This document shows, in pieces, positions 63,717 to 64,000 of a stretch of DNA of 64,000 nucleotides (position 1 is the stretch's first letter; every line of letters starts with the position of its first letter). Both the position numbers and the translations under genes were made by a program. Source of the stretch: an uncultured delta proteobacterium (GTDB lineage: Bacteria; Desulfobacterota; Binatia; Binatales; Binataceae). The DNA lies in NCBI GenBank assembly GCA_963813785.1, contig CAWFAJ010000001.1:22627-86626 (forward strand). The letters are read 5' to 3'. Under the pieces are notes generated by a model. That model saw only the letters and a program-made list of their open reading frames with translations, was not told where the DNA came from and ran no database searches.

Positions 63717-64000
63717 TCAGCCGCCGCCGCCGCGCGGGATTCTGTCCGGATGCGCCTGCATCCAGCCTTCGAGGATCACCACCGCCGCAAGCGCGTCGAG
63801 CCCGGTCTTGCGCGTGCCCCTTCTGGCCGGCATATCCGTCAGACGCTCCCGCGCTTCGAAGCTCGTCAGCCGCTCGTCGAACATCTCGACGGTGACGCCG
63901 AGCGTATCCGCTACGCTCGCGGCGAACTTCCGCGCCGAACGGGCAACGGGGCCTTCGCTGCCATCCATGTTGAGCGGGAGGCCGACGACGATCGTGCTCA
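63717..64000 (-). CDS. ruvX: Holliday-junction resolvase-like RuvX (YqgF), C-terminal part; gene runs off the right edge
   Basis: Minus-strand reading ...STIVVGLPLNMDGSEGPVARSARKFAASVADTLGVTVEMFDERLTSFEA...DALAAVVILEGWM matches the YqgF family. Confidence 0.85.
   Translation of the reverse strand, partial: STIVVGLPLNMDGSEGPVARSARKFAASVADTLGVTVEMFDERLTSFEARERLTDMPARRGTRKTGLDALAAVVILEGWMQAHPDRIPRGGGG

Overview
High-GC (by eye about two-thirds G+C, not computed) chromosomal segment from a diderm bacterium. It is densely coded, and most genes are ordinary housekeeping or metabolic genes. These include hrcA-grpE-dnaK, an E1alpha/E1beta/E2 2-oxoacid dehydrogenase operon, an acyl-CoA dehydrogenase, a CoA-transferase, an aminotransferase, several SDRs, methyltransferases and alpha/beta hydrolases, a PBP5-type carboxypeptidase, mltG and ruvX. 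I recognised no rRNA, tRNA, CRISPR array, transposase, integrase or defence effector. Four things stand out. (1) There are two diverged paralogous five-gene modules (TM/low-complexity protein, MoxR AAA+ ATPase, DUF58, BatA-N membrane protein, double-VWA membrane protein) at 22153-29943 (+) and 54712-62596 (-). They lie in inverted orientation and bracket a 25-kb stretch that carries much of the window's decay and repeats. (2) A mosaic REP/BIME-like family of hairpin modules sits at seven intergenic loci and in two cases supplies the stop codon of the neighbouring gene. (3) At least six genes are interrupted by nine apparent frameshifts, either real pseudogenes or assembly indels, and there is also an orphan N-terminal fragment of an ATP-dependent DNA ligase. 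(4) There are smaller regulatory oddities: no canonical CIRCE upstream of hrcA, a CIRCE-geometry palindrome elsewhere, a palindrome array at a tetR promoter, and a low-GC islet. I see no compelling brand-new system. The MoxR/VWA modules and the M20-FIST-Lnt-like operon are the best candidates for undescribed biology. All homology calls come from motif recognition by eye, not from database searches.
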